DNA from: the human T2T-CHM13v2.0 reference genome, Homo sapiens
Length of the DNA: 64,000 bases
Strand: one strand, 5' to 3'
Assembly (NCBI RefSeq): GCF_009914755.1
Contig: NC_060945.1
Shown here: piece by piece, positions 29,840 to 44,548 of the stretch
Layout of the letters: every line of letters begins with the position of its first letter
Numbering within the stretch: the stretch's first letter is position 1
Notes under the pieces: generated by a model
What the model saw: only the letters and a program-made list of their open reading frames with translations
Database searches by the model: none
What the model was told of the DNA's origin: nothing
Made by a program: the position numbers and the translations under genes

Positions 29840-30415
29840 AGATGTAAATTTTTAAACCAAATGTTAGAAAATTAAAACTTGCAATGTTTGAAAAATTAAT
29901 GTATCACAAACAAATTGTGTTTATTTGAGGAATGCAAATTTTGTTTAAATATTTTTTAAGATAATTATATTTTCTACATGAAGGAAAAAGGAAGTAGCAT
30001 AAGATATTCTGAATAGGTACAGTAAACACATTTTGTAAAATTTAACCCTCATTTTCAAAAAAAAGCAAACAAAAAAATAGCAAACTGAAAATAACAGAGA
30101 ATTATCTTAATCTGATAGAAGATATTTATGAAAAACAGAGCAACCCTTTTTCTCAATGGTGATATACAGAAATCCTTTGCTTTTTAGTCTGAGAAAGAAT
30201 TAAGAAGTTTAAAATTAGTTCTGCTATTTAATTTTGTACTAGCAGCTCTATCCAGTGTAATAACTCAAGGAGAAAAAAGAGCATAAGAACTTATCAGGAG
30301 TAAATAACACAAACATTATTCAAAGCAGTCTGGCTATATATGAAAGTAATCCAAAAAAACCATCCTGTTAACCTATCAGAACTAATAAATAAACTCAAAG
30401 AAGTTACTGAATACA

Positions 30416-30716
30416 GGGCAAGCATGGTTGTTCATGCCTGTATTCAGTAACTCTCAGTGCTTTGGGAGGCCGAGATGGGAGGATTGCTTGAGAACAGAAG
30501 TTGACCAGCCTGAGCAATATAGCAAGACCCTGTCTCTACAGAAAAATTAAAACATTAGCTGGGCATGGTGGTGTGTACCTGTAGTCCCAGCTGCTTGAGA
30601 GGCTGAGGTGGGAGGATCACTTGAGCCCAAGTGTTTGGGGCTGCACTGAGCTCTGAATAAGTCTTTGCATTCTTGCCTGGGCCACAGAGAGAGACTCTCT
30701 GTTGAAAAAAAAAAAA
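30416..30716 (+). mobile_element. AluJ
   Basis: Diverged dimer; TSD a(a/g)gttactgaataca. Confidence 0.88.
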
Positions 30717-32190
30717 TAGAGAAAAAAGGTTACTGAATACAATTAATACAAAATCAATGTCTTCCTTTGTATCAGCAATAAAGTTTAAGAAAACGAAATA
30801 AAAAAAGTCTTTACAATTATATTTAAGCAAATATATAACTATGAATTTAATTTTAAAAAAACTAAATAAATGCAGCATGCATTTACCTTGTATGTTGATT
30901 AGAAGATGCAATACTGTTAAAATGTCAGTTCTTCCCAACTGATCTATAGATTCAGTACCATCTCAATCGAAATCGCATAAAAATATTTTTTAGAGACTGT
31001 CAAGTTGATTCTAAAATTTGTATGCAAATTCAAAAGTCAAAAAATAGCTAAGACAACATGAAGAAGAATCAAGCCAGAATACTTAAAATATAGGATATCA
31101 ATACTTTTTATAGAGCTGGAGTAATTAGAGTAATGAAGGTATTGGTATAATGGTAGATAAACTGACCAATAAAAAATGAGTCCAGAAGGAACTAACATGT
31201 ATGAATATTTGATTCATAACAAAGGTTTCACTGCAGAGTAGTCGGGAAAGAATGGTTTTTCAGTAAATGATGTTGGTACAAAGTGCATATTCATAGGGAA
31301 AAAATTGGAACTTGTCTCCCTATATTACACTATGCATAAAAGTAAGTTCAGGTGTACTCCAGATTTAAGGACACTAAAACACTAAAACTTCTAGAATACA
31401 AAACAGATTAATTTCATGGCTTTAGAGGTAAGCAGCAATTTTTAAAAGACCAAAATAAGAATTAATATAAAGAAAATTAAAATGGACCATCTTATAATTA
31501 AGAACTTAAAAATACTAATAAATTAGTGAAAAAGCAAACCTCAGATTACAAAAGTATTTGCAATGTATAAATTATATATAAACATATATATTATGATAAG
31601 AGTAAAAAAAATCACACAAAAAATCAGCAGGAACTTGAACAAACACTTCACAAAAGAGAATATCTAAAATAGTCAAAATACTAAAGAAAAAGGCAGTCAA
31701 CCTCATTGGTGATCATAGAAATGCAAAGTAAAACCAGGTAGACCTACCACAGACACACCAGAATGACTGAAATTAAAGCAAGAAGAAGCCATGTCTAGTG
31801 GCACACACCTGTAGTGCCAAATACTCTGGAAGCGGAGGCAGTTCCTCATCTCAAAAAATATTTAAAAATTAAAAAAAATTTTAAAAATAGTGAAAAGAGC
31901 AAGTGCTGCTGAGCATGTGATGTGAACAACTAGATCTCTCCTATACTTCCAGGAGTGTATCAATTGACCACAGTCTGCAAAAGTATATGTCAGTATTTAC
32001 TAAAGCTGAATGTTAGCATGCCCAGTATTTCAGAAATTCTCCTAAGTATATACTCAATAGAAATGTAAACATATATGTACCTAAAGATATATACAATAAT
32101 GTTCATAACAGCACTATTTGCCATAGTTAAAAAAAAATGGAAACTGCCTAAATGCCCACCATACCAGGGTACATAAATAAAATGGTTATA

Positions 32191-32269
32191 TTAGGTTGGT
32201 GCAGAAGTAATTGTGGTTTTTACGATTAACAGTAATGGCAAAAATGCAATTACTTTTGTATCAACTTAA
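32191..32269. mobile_element. MADE1 (Hsmar1-derived MITE)
   Basis: ~80-bp palindrome ttaggttggtgcagaagtaattg...caattacttttgtatcaacttaa flanked by TA. Confidence 0.92.
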
Positions 32270-32753
32270 TACATACAATAATATGTATAATTCAGCAATG
32301 AAAATGATCAAACTACATGCATGAATCTTACTAACATAATTTTGAACGAAACATAGGCATCAATGAGTACATACACTATATGAAGTACAAAAATAGGTAC
32401 AATTGATGGTAAAAGGCATGGCCATGGTTACCTTTGGAAAGGAGAGACCTATAGTTACTGAGAGGGTGTTTCTGGAGGGCTGACAATGTCCTGTTGCTGA
32501 CAAGATCTGATTACACAAGTGTGTTTTCCTTTTGGTGATTCGCCAATCTGTAGTGTGCATATTTTCACCTTTCTCTTATTCTCTAATACTCGCATAAAGA
32601 AATTTGCTTAAAATAATTAAAACCACAATGTGGTGAGTGCTATAATTCCTTCCACAAAGAGCAATCAGTATGTTCTTTTCCAGTAAAAACCTGCGCCAAG
32701 GAACATAGAGACACTGAATTGTGGGGTTAACTCTGCATGAAGGTGTCTGGGAG

Positions 32754-32996
32754 AGATACGGTTTTGATCTGTGTCCCCAGCAGCTTTTATGTCGAATTCT
32801 AACCCCCAGTGTTGGAGGTGATGCTTGGTGGGAGGTGATTGAATCATGGGGTGGAGTGCTCATGAATGGGTTCGCGCCATCCACTGGCGCTACTGAACGG
32901 GTTAGCTGGTACTCATGAATGGGTTAGCGCCATCCACTGGTGCTATCTCCCAGTCTCAGGTATTTCTTCATAGCAGTGTGAGAATGAATTAATACC
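32754..32996 (+). mobile_element. MST (MaLR) LTR with internal deletion and templated insertion
   Basis: MST 5' end (gatacggttttgatctgtgtcccc) and 3' end (cccagtctcaggtatttcttcatagcagtgtgagaa); middle missing. Confidence 0.85.
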
Positions 32997-34513
32997 GAAA
33001 GACACTTAGATAATGCGTTAGGTAGGATTGTGGAAATAAATAGATATTTTCTTGGCACAAAGAGAGGAGTGTGTAAAGAAACAGCATGCATTAAGAAACT
33101 TTCCAAGACTAAAAATTCTGGGAATGCAGCGTCTTCCTGCAACTGCTGAATTAATTGTTAAAGTTTTTGCCACTTGAAGATCTTTCCTCCATTTTATCAA
33201 TCTACGGAAGAGAAACGCAGTAAAAGATAATCTACTGCTCACGGGGCTTATTATCCATGGCCTCCCTCCTGCTGACCATCGACTAGACATGTGGCTACTC
33301 ATTATCCCCAGAAAGAGTGCTCAGGGAAGGAAGGGGAAAAAGTCAAATTAGTTAATTAAGCATCTCTGGCCAAAGGTTTGGTAGTGGGAAGAGGTTGAAA
33401 CTAATGACTAAAATAAATCTGTTAGATTTAATGAAACTCTTAGTTTTGGCTTCCCCTGACTATATGGAGAAATGAGAATTAGGCTTTAATTTGCTTTTTA
33501 ATAGTGTCCCATCTGACACAAGCTCTTATGCACTTAATTCAGCAATTAAAAGTTTTAATGTATAGAAGATGCTAAGGAAAAGAGTGCCCATTTAAACTTG
33601 TCATTGATTCCCTGAACAAATGCAAACTAAGATAACAAAAACCACACTTAGAAGTCATTTTTTTAACAGCAAACTTTATTATTTTACTGAAATGCAATGA
33701 AATAATGACATTTGCTTTCTGTAGTCAATGACATTACATTTTTTTAAAACTAAATGTCGCTAATTTTTATTTTCAAATTATAAAACATTTACCAGTTTAA
33801 AAAATTATAAACAATGTCTGTTTTCATTGGAATTGTCCCTTGAGTCATTCAACTTTAATGGATGCATTTTACAATGGAGAGCATTTCATTAGATGGGAAT
33901 GTGGTTCAAAGCTACCCAAGAAAGATATCTTCTGCGTTTGAAAGCCAGTCCATTGATACGTGACTTACTGAGGATTGAAAAGGTTTATTGTAATACAAGT
34001 TTTACTGTAACAATCACATAATTAAGATCACACATTACTCATATCAACTGGTCCACCAATTCATCATCAGTGAACAGATTTTTCATTGACTGCTGGAGAC
34101 TCTGATATGTTGGGATCTACATATGAGTAAGCAAAACATGGAGAAATGGTCAAACAGCAGCAGTCCATGAAGCACAAATTGGAAATATTTGCAATAGCGA
34201 TTCACAGTGAAGAGATGACAGAGGAAGGATGATAGGATTTATATTGAGATAAGAAAAAGTAACCATGGGGAAAATAGCACTATTAAATAGAAGGCATCTA
34301 TTTCTGAAATCTGAGAATATCCATTAAAAACCCATAGAAAAAAAGAGACAGTACTGCATACCATGAACAAAAATAGATAGTATCTGTGTGGATCTATGAA
34401 GTAGTAAATTATCATAGTAATAGGATGTTAATATATGCTTGATGGAGACTTTGTACTTTGAAGACAGAAGTTTGAGCAAATAATGACTTAGACTTGAATC
34501 TGAAATAGCCTTC

Positions 34514-34873
34514 TAATATGATTTGGCTATGTCCCCATCCAAATCTCATCTTGAATTGTTATTCCCACAATTCCCACGTGTTGTGGGAGGAACCCGGTGG
34601 GAGGTAATTGAATTACGGGGGCAGGTCTTTCCTATGCTATTCTTGTGGTTGTGAATAAGTCTCACGAGATCTGATAATTTTATAAATGGGAGTTTCCCTG
34701 CACAAACTCTCTTCTCTTGTCTGTCACCATGTGAGAAGTGCCTTTCACCTACTTCCATGATTGTGAGGTCTCTCCAGTCACATGGAACTATGATTCCACT
34801 AAAACTGTTTTTCCTTGTAAATTACCCAGTCTCGGGTATGTCTTTATTGGCAGTGTGAAAATAGACTAGTACA
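34514..34873 (+). mobile_element. THE1B-like solo LTR
   Basis: taatatgatttggct...gactagtaca; perfect TSD ccttc. Confidence 0.92.
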
Positions 34874-35289
34874 CCTTCTATCTCTGAACTGAGGAAGTTA
34901 CTGGTTTGCATCAGTTTGGTACCATCAAGTTTCTGAGTGGCTTATATGGCTAATTAAGGGAAGACCTTTAAAAAAGTGAGATAATAACCCACCTAATTAC
35001 TATTTTTAAGTGAATTTCCAGGTATGGCATATATGGCTAATGAGCAGTACCATGATCTTGTCACAATTTTCAGGTTTGATATTATCTGATCATGGGAATA
35101 ATCATTACATGGATTTCTACCTTAGTAATAAGAATAGATTGGAATTGGGAGCACAGATTATTTTCATCTCTGCTATCAACCACTCCAGTGACCCTACGCT
35201 TTCAAGATTGTTCAATTATATAGAATCACAGACAAGAAGGATACAGCAATAATTAACCTGGTCTCAGGTGATCCATCCTAGATGAATTA

Positions 35290-35664
35290 GTCAAGATTTA
35301 TTTTAAGGAATATTAAAGAATTGGCTTACATGATTGTGAGGACTGGCAAGTCCAAAATCCACACAGAACAGGTTGGCAGCTGGAGACCCAGGGAAGAGTT
35401 GATGTTGCAGCGCTAGTCCAAAAGCAGTCTAGAGGAAGAATTCCCTCTTTCTTCAGGGGACCCCAGTCTTTTTCTCTCAAGGCTTTCAATGAATTGGATG
35501 AGATCCACTCACATTATGGAGAATAATCTGCTTTACTCCAAGTCTACTGATATAAATGTGAATCTCATCTAAAAAAATTCTTCCACAGAGACATTTAGAC
35601 TGATATTCTGCCAAATAACTGGTACTATGGCTTCGGCAAGTTGACACGTAAAATTAGCCATCAC
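35290..35664 (-). mobile_element. MLT2-family ERVL LTR (partial)
   Basis: Ends aagttgacacgtaaaattagccatcaca, the antisense MLT2 5' end. Confidence 0.82.
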
Positions 35665-36489
35665 ATTAACATTCGTACTTCCTAATAAAAATAATCTGAT
35701 TTGGTCAGTTTGCTACTCTCTAATATAAAATACTAAATTGGGAAATGTTTTTCACCAATGTGTTAGAGGATGTTGGCTTCTTTCATGTCCACTGTGTAAT
35801 ACTCTTTATACTTTCACTGATCCCTGGGATCTTTGATTGTGAGTCAGGAATCAGGGGAGGGTTTGGAAGATTCCTATGAATCATGGCAAATGATGCAAAG
35901 AGAACTGTTAGGAATCATTTCCTTAGAAATGGGCAGAGAATAAGGCAGGCACTTAGAATTTCAATACTTTCTCTCAAACCTACATCCAAAATGTGTATGT
36001 CAATTTGCAATTCTATCAGCAATAAATGTGCACTGAATAGAAAGTTAGAATGATATTAATCCCTTTAAAATTTTCTCATTTCTCTAACAGGTATAAAATG
36101 AAATGCCAAATTGTTGTCATTTTCATTTATTTGAATACCAGTGAGGACAAATTTCCCCAAGTGTTTTTTTGTTTTCCCCTTGAGCAAATGTTTATTCATA
36201 TTATTTATCCATTCATCTGTTAAAATGTTACACTATTCTTTATACATTTGAGTGAGCTTTTTATGTACTGAAGATATTAACCTCTTTATACCTTTATCAT
36301 GTCGAATATAAGCACTTCACATTTAGAAACTTGTCTCATATTTTAGTTGTATTTATTTTAATTCCAGAAGTATAAAATCGTGTATTTTCAAATCTTTCAA
36401 TTTGTTCTTTATTACTTTTTTTTTGTTTCAAAATGTATCATTCCTCATTCCTTTACACATCTAAAAAATATTCTCTTTTATTCTTGGCT

Positions 36490-36645
36490 TATATACATAT
36501 ATATATACATATACATATGTATATATATATGTACACTTATATATACATATACATATGTATATATATATGTACATATATATACACATACATATGTGTATAT
36601 ATATGTACACATATATATCTATATCTATATCTATATATAGATATA
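36490..36645. repeat. Complex (TA)n/(TATC)n microsatellite
   Basis: Directly visible. Confidence 0.92.
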
Positions 36646-36899
36646 AAGTAAGTTTCAAGACTACCTACAGTCTATTTGAGAGAATGGTATCTACTCCATT
36701 AAACACTCAATTTTCTTTATTCCTATATACTTGTGAGATTATATATTTGATTAAAAAGTAAGATATATGTGTACAAATATGTACGTAAACATGTATATGC
36801 AATTGTATGCATATTTATCTACTAGTACATACATATGTATATATAGAAATGTCTATGTCTATCATTTATTTAAAAAGAAACCTCTTTCTCTTGACAAGG

Positions 36900-38300
<1,401 letters not shown>

Positions 38301-38409
38301 GACAGAAATTTCTCATCAATATCCATTTCAAGGTGCATCATAAGGTTGGAAGTACACCATTTTCTAAACTTACACAATTCCTATTTTGTTCAGGAAAACA
38401 TATGCTTAG

Positions 38410-38846
38410 TTATAAATAGTCATCCCTCCTTACTTTCCTGCAATAGGAATAGAGATGCGACCACGCCCTGGTCAATTAGATGTAAATAGAAATCAATGAA
38501 TGGGGCACCTGAATAGCAATTTAAAGGGAGCCATATTTAGGTGGTCTATTTCTTTAGCTGTTTATCTTTCTCCTTTTCTCCTTTGTCCTATCTAGAATAA
38601 GCATCTGATACCTGAAGGTAAAACAGCTCTCTGGGGGAAGTGAGAATAAAAGCCACACACTGGGGTTGGTGTAACAGAAAGCTGGAATTATCTGGGTTTT
38701 TAATGGCATCGTGGAGAAGTCTTACCAGCCTTGACTTACCTATGTCTCCCCCAGTTTTGGTATGCAAGAAGAAAGACCTTTGTGTTGTGAAGCCAGGGTA
38801 GGCAGTTTTCTGTTTTCTGCAGCTCAATGCAGGCCTAACAAATGCA
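38410..38846 (+). mobile_element. MLT1J-like MaLR LTR
   Basis: Typical 3' end (aagcca...ttttctg..ttctgcagct..atgca..cctaac..atgca). Confidence 0.6.
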
Positions 38847-39594
38847 TTTACTTCTATCTAGGACTTGCAAGGCTTTTTATTTATCTATACCACTGAAAAT
38901 GGCAAATAAATCATGTTTCTTGCTTCTAAAACAATTACCAGTTTTGTCTTTAAACATTGCATAAGATAATATAATGTTTATAGAGACAATTTAATTTTAA
39001 AGAAACAGGGAAGTTAAATAAAACAATGCATATTTCATCTCTGTTATAGAAAACACATTGATCTAAGCCATGGGCCCACATCTATAATTAAGCCATAGCC
39101 CTTGACACAAAGTGTTCGCATTCTAGTGGGTAAGAAAAATGTATATGGATAGCTGTGACACTGTCTGACAAGTGCAATAAATATAATATTTCCAAAGCTC
39201 AATCCAAACCCTTCTCAAAATCATTTTTTCTTTATTTTTTCTTTATTTCTCAAAATCATTTTCCTTTTATCACAGGGCAGCATTATTAACTCAAGTCCCA
39301 TCACTCACCCAAGACTCAAATTTCAGGATCTTGCTTCTCCTTCATGCTTGCAATCAATCCAATTTCCCTTAAATGTGTACCACATCTATCTCCATTTATG
39401 GTACCACTGTTTATATTCAGCAACCACCTAAGAATTATTGCACTAACCAGTTGACTGGCTTCTGTATCCTTCATCTTTTTTAACTCCTTTATGTTTTTAT
39501 ACCTGTTACCACAGTCATAAAAGTTTTTTTCTTTAAAATCTGTTTTTGTTTCCCAACATCTACCAGATAAAACCTAACTCCTTAAGGTGACTGA

Positions 39595-40102
39595 TGTGTT
39601 AGTGAGAGTTCTTCAGGGAAACAGAATGAATGGAGTAGTTATAAATAAAGAGATTTATTATGAGAGGTTAACTTATGCCTGTAAGGAAGCTGAGAAGCTC
39701 CATGATCTGCTCTCTGCAAGTTGGAGGGACAGGAAAATCAGTGGTATAGTTCCAGCCCAAGTCCAAAGGCCTGACACCTGGGGAAAAAAAGATGTAAGTC
39801 CATGTCCAAGTCGAAAGGCCAGAGAACCAAGAGCTCCAGAGGATAAAAGAAGAGAGATGGTCCAGCTCAGCAAAGGAAGTGAATTTGCCTTTCCTCTGCC
39901 TGTTTGTTCTATTCAGGCCCTCAACAGATTGGATCATGCCCACCCATGCTGGGGCAAACCATCTTCTTTACTCAGTCTATGGATTCAAATACTAACATGC
40001 TTCCAGGCACACCTTCATCGACACACCCAGAAAGTAATGTTTTACCATCTTTATGGGCATCTCTTAGACCTGTCAAGTTGACAAATAAAATTAACCATCA
40101 CA
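39595..40102 (-). mobile_element. MLT2B-like solo LTR
   Basis: tgtgttagt...aaattaaccatcaca; TSD actga/tctga; accounts for the 164-aa ORF. Confidence 0.88.
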
Positions 40103-40174
40103 TCTGATAAGGCCTATAACCCAAACTAGGTGCCCACAGCATAAGTGCCAGCCACCGTGGGCAACTGGGAGTTC

Positions 40175-40238
40175 CCGGAATGTGTCATGCTCTTTCAGGG
40201 CCCCTCCGGAATGTGTCATGCTCTTTCAGGGCCCCTCC
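40175..40238. repeat. Perfect 31-bp tandem duplication
   Basis: ccggaatgtgtcatgctctttcagggcccct x2. Confidence 0.95.
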
Positions 40239-40707
40239 CTATGCCATGGGAACCCTTCTATTCTCTTCTCTACCTGACTTGTAAGAGTCTTTGTGGAAGC
40301 TTTTCTTTTCTTCCCTGGTAACTTTAATTCTCTACCCTCTCCTGGCTCATAGGACTTTCTTCATTTTTTCCTTCCTTGTCCCTCTCTCTGCCTTCCCTTC
40401 TTCCGCCTCTTTCTCCTATTCCCTCTTTCTTTTTCTCCATTTTTCCCTTCCTTGCTTTCTTTTTTACTTTCTTCCTTTTCTTTCTTTCTTCCTCTTCTCC
40501 CTAATCTTTATACTAGAATAATTTGTTGATATATTTGTGCTTCGTAAAAGTCCATGAGGTCCTTGCAATAGGTCACTTTGTGTTACAAAGAACCTGGTTT
40601 TTATTTTTTATTTTTTGATCAAGATGTTAAGATCTAATTTCAAAACATATGGAAATAATTGCATACATTTAACATTACTGTTAAAAAAACTCTCTTAAAT
40701 CCTTTAG

Positions 40708-41014
<307 letters not shown>

Positions 41015-41442
41015 AGTATTATTATTAACAGGAGTAATAACTAATACATCAATTACATTACTATGTGACAAGCTTTGTGTTTGAGCAAATATTCAACATG
41101 TTTTTGTTTGTGTGTGCACAATCTGGACAATTATATATGTTGATAAATATATAATGTACATGATTATAGGCATTACATGAAAAAACATGAGAAAATATAT
41201 AATTCGTTTTTTAAATGTGTATAATTTTTTGTTGAATTCAGTGTTAAATTTGTGTAAGTTAAATACATATATATTGTGACTCACTTATATTCTGTCTGGT
41301 TTTTCATTGCCCCAAATTTGATTAAAATTTATTCTTCAATCTTTCTGAAATGGGTTTAGTTTATAGAATGAGGAGTAAATCTAATAAAGCTATTCAAGGC
41401 CTCATCATATTTTCCCCAGCCTTAAAAAAAAAATCCAGAGAA

Positions 41443-41605
41443 TAAGATCTAATTTCATAACATATGGAAATAATTGCATACCTTTAACATTACTGTTAAA
41501 AATCTCTTAAATCCATTAGAAAATAATAATATTGTTTTTGACACAGGGTCTCACTCCGTCACCCAGGCTGGAGTACAGTAGTGAGATCACGGCTCACTGC
41601 AGCCT
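41443..41605. repeat. Displaced direct copy of 40628-40793 (unique flank plus AluJ 3' end)
   Basis: ~90% identity over ~165 nt by manual alignment. Confidence 0.93.
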
Positions 41606-41838
41606 CCAACTTCTCTTCACCAGCAAACAACCCAGGCCTAGATCTCCAAATTCTGAAATACAAAAATGCTGCCCTTTCTCATCTCAGTATTCAGAAGGTG
41701 GCAAAAAGCACTCTCCTTTTCAATCTTCAACTCCCTACCCCAATACAGATTTTCATACTGGCCTTGACTCAACAGCAGATCTTCTCTGCGCTCAGCATCC
41801 AGGGCTGCCCAACTTACACTCAGAGGGCTAATTAATTC

Positions 41839-41852
41839 CTGCCCCCTGGTGG
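41839..41852 (-). promoter_or_regulatory. Consensus CTCF core motif
   Basis: Reverse complement CCACCAGGGGGCAG fits CCASYAGRKGGCRS; lies in non-repeat DNA. Confidence 0.65.
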
Positions 41853-42389
41853 TAAAATGTGTTGTCTTTAGGAACGTGAAAGCTTGGCTGCCCTAAGAGA
41901 GGTGAGAGACACCTTTTATTCCGTCCTGAAGAGATAATGGCCACAAAACAAGGTCTGATGTAGTTTCTCCATAGGCCACCCTGCTAGTATAACCTCTCAG
42001 TTACTCTCTCTGATTTATGTTTCCTCTTTAAATTCTGATTCGGGTATTTTGATGATCTGCTCAAACGGCTCTTGGCTCAAGTCATTCAGCTGGGCCCAGG
42101 TTTGATAGCAAATATGCTTGCAGAAAACCCAAGCTAAAGACATGTCAAACAAACTGGGCATAAAACACAACATCGAATCCTATTTTTTTTTTTCTGAATC
42201 TCCAACTCCCAAGTAATGTGTAGTTAAGGAGCACAGACAACAAGTTAATTCGGTGCTCCCCATAATTCCCAAGCCATGTTCAGGGCCCTGCCTTCTAAAA
42301 CTTTCAGGGGTTACCAAAGTATCTCTCTCAATGGACCTGTGCTTCCCATTTCGCTTGCTGAATTTGCAGGGAAGCAATACAGTGTCAAA

Positions 42390-42649
42390 CTGTGGTTCTC
42401 AACCCAGGTGATGTGCCTGCCTCCCAACCCCACCTAGGACACATTTGGCAATTTTCACATTGTGTGCGTGTGTGTGTGCGCGCGCATGCGTGTATATGTG
42501 TGTGTGTGTTTTGAGGGTACCAGTGCTACTGGCATCTAGTGGGTAGAAACCAGGGATGCTGTTAAGCATCTTATGATACACAGTAAAGTCCCCATCTTCA
42601 ACTAATAATTCAGTCCAAATATCAATTGTGCTGAGGTTGTTAGGCCCTG
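42390..42649 (+). mobile_element. MER20 (hAT-Charlie) with internal (TG/CG)n tract
   Basis: ctgtggttctcaac...tgctactggcatctagtgggtagaaaccagggatgctg...gccctg. Confidence 0.9.
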
Positions 42650-42870
42650 GTGGAGAGGTTTAAAGATTCTGGAGTTAATCAGACTTGCTTTGTATCCTAA
42701 ATCTGTCTATTAGGTTCTCTGAAACCTAAGTATCGTCATATATACAACAGGAAAAATAAGTTTCACCTTAGGGTGGTGTAATGGCTAAATGAACTCATCC
42801 ATACAAAACACTTATCCACTTATCACAGTGTCCACAGAATAAGCACTTACCATATATGTTGTTATTATCA
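42650..42870 (+). mobile_element. MIR
   Basis: MIR 5' part and tail (taagcacttaccatatatgttgttattat). Confidence 0.65.
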
Positions 42871-44548
42871 CTAATTTTATTAACACTTCTCAGTTCAAAA
42901 TGAATAAAGAACTTTTCAAATTAAAATGAAAGACATATATTAGAATTCTAATAAAAATGTATTTGATACAAAAAAATTTACATACAATTTTTACCATCCT
43001 GCAGTAGAAGTGAAATGTTTCTTGCATTGCTACTCATTGGCACAATTGTTGGCTTTTGGTAACTTTTTTCATAACTGAAAATTGTTGCTCAAATATTTCT
43101 GCTATACCAAAGGAGTAACTCAGTATATGTGCAAATAAGTCATTTAAAATAGTTACCAAATACCATCAAACATATTATTTCTCTCCTGATTCAGTTCCCT
43201 TGGGTCAAAAGTCCTTATTCTTGGAGCTGGTAGAAAGACTTTCTCCACTGACACTATAAACGTTGTCTCTCTTGAGATATCTTATGTTTGTGTCAAGCTT
43301 GCTATCTTTAGGTACTCATAAAGTCATCAGTGTTTAAAGGAGCAGACCATGACAGGGTCCTTTCCACAGCACTGGGCCATCTCTTGTCACGGGCACCCAG
43401 GTATCTCATAAAAGTCTATCATGCAAGTAGTGTCTTCAATGTCTTCTCTCTGGTTCTCATTTCTTACAAGCGATTTCTTGAATTCTTGGAAAAAGTTTTT
43501 CATAGTAAAAAGAAATAATTCAAACACAGCTCTGTGTCTACCCTACTTTTCAAAAATTAACTCCTCTGCAACTTCATTTTAACAAAAACCTGCAAACCAA
43601 ACAACAACTTTAAAGGTAAACTTTGATTAAACACAAGAATTTACATTCCCAAAAAACAAAGAACTTAATCTCTTCACTGTGAGCTACTAATAAGATAATG
43701 GAAAATTGCTTTATATTTTTATATCTTAAGGTGTACCCTGGATGATTTGTATCATGTAAAGACACAGACTGCCCTGAAAACACATTGAAGTTTCTCTGAG
43801 GATAGAAATTGATTTCAATTTTTCTCTTCTTTCTCTATCTCTCCCGAACACCCCCTCCCCCACCACCCCACCACAATTTAAGTGTCTAATTAGCTAGAGC
43901 ATTTTGTTACGTATAGCATTATTTCAGAATGTACTCATATAAAATTTGAGCATTGTCTACACTTTTGAATGGGTTGCAGTAAATCCAACCCTATGTTGAT
44001 TTACAACTCTTGCAGTAAAATCATGGGATTAGAGCATTCTGCATTGGAATGAATCTTGTAGATCAAAAAACACTGAATTGGAATGTATTTTGTAGGCTAT
44101 TGGGTTCTAAATTTGGATATAAGGAAAGCGAAGGAAAGAAATGAGATGATACAAGTAGGCCCCACAGTGAGAGGGGACTGTGCTTCCTAAACTGAGATGG
44201 GAGATATGTGAGTTACACATGAGTTAATAAACTAAATACACATATAATTGGCTTACTTAAGGAAGAGGTCTAAGATACAGACCCTGTGCATAGTATTATA
44301 AAGATTGTATCATAGACACATGCCATCTGGGTTATTTGTCTAAGTACCTACAACCAAAGTATTCTCCAACAGAGATAATTAGGGGAAAAGACAGGACATT
44401 CTATATGATTTTTAAGAAAGGAGAATGAAGTGGAACAGAGTACTCGTGAAAGGTTCATACTTCAGAAATAGACGGTTAGCTATGGTTTCCATAGAAGAAT
44501 AAAATAAATGATAATCTGTCAGCTTAGATTGCTCTTAGAAAGCAAAGA

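Larger units (their letters stand above)
28640..32570 (+). mobile_element. Fragmented ancient L1M (ORF2 and 3' end relics) with nested Alus and MADE1
   Basis: A-rich; RT-domain relic near 29560-29870 (SLMNIDAKILNKILA-like); ORF2 C-terminal and 3'UTR motifs to ~32570. Confidence 0.7.

Noticed and set aside
39587-40081. Longest ORF (164 aa)
   Set aside because: Lies almost entirely antisense within an MLT2 LTR, has a GTG start, and is not a gene.
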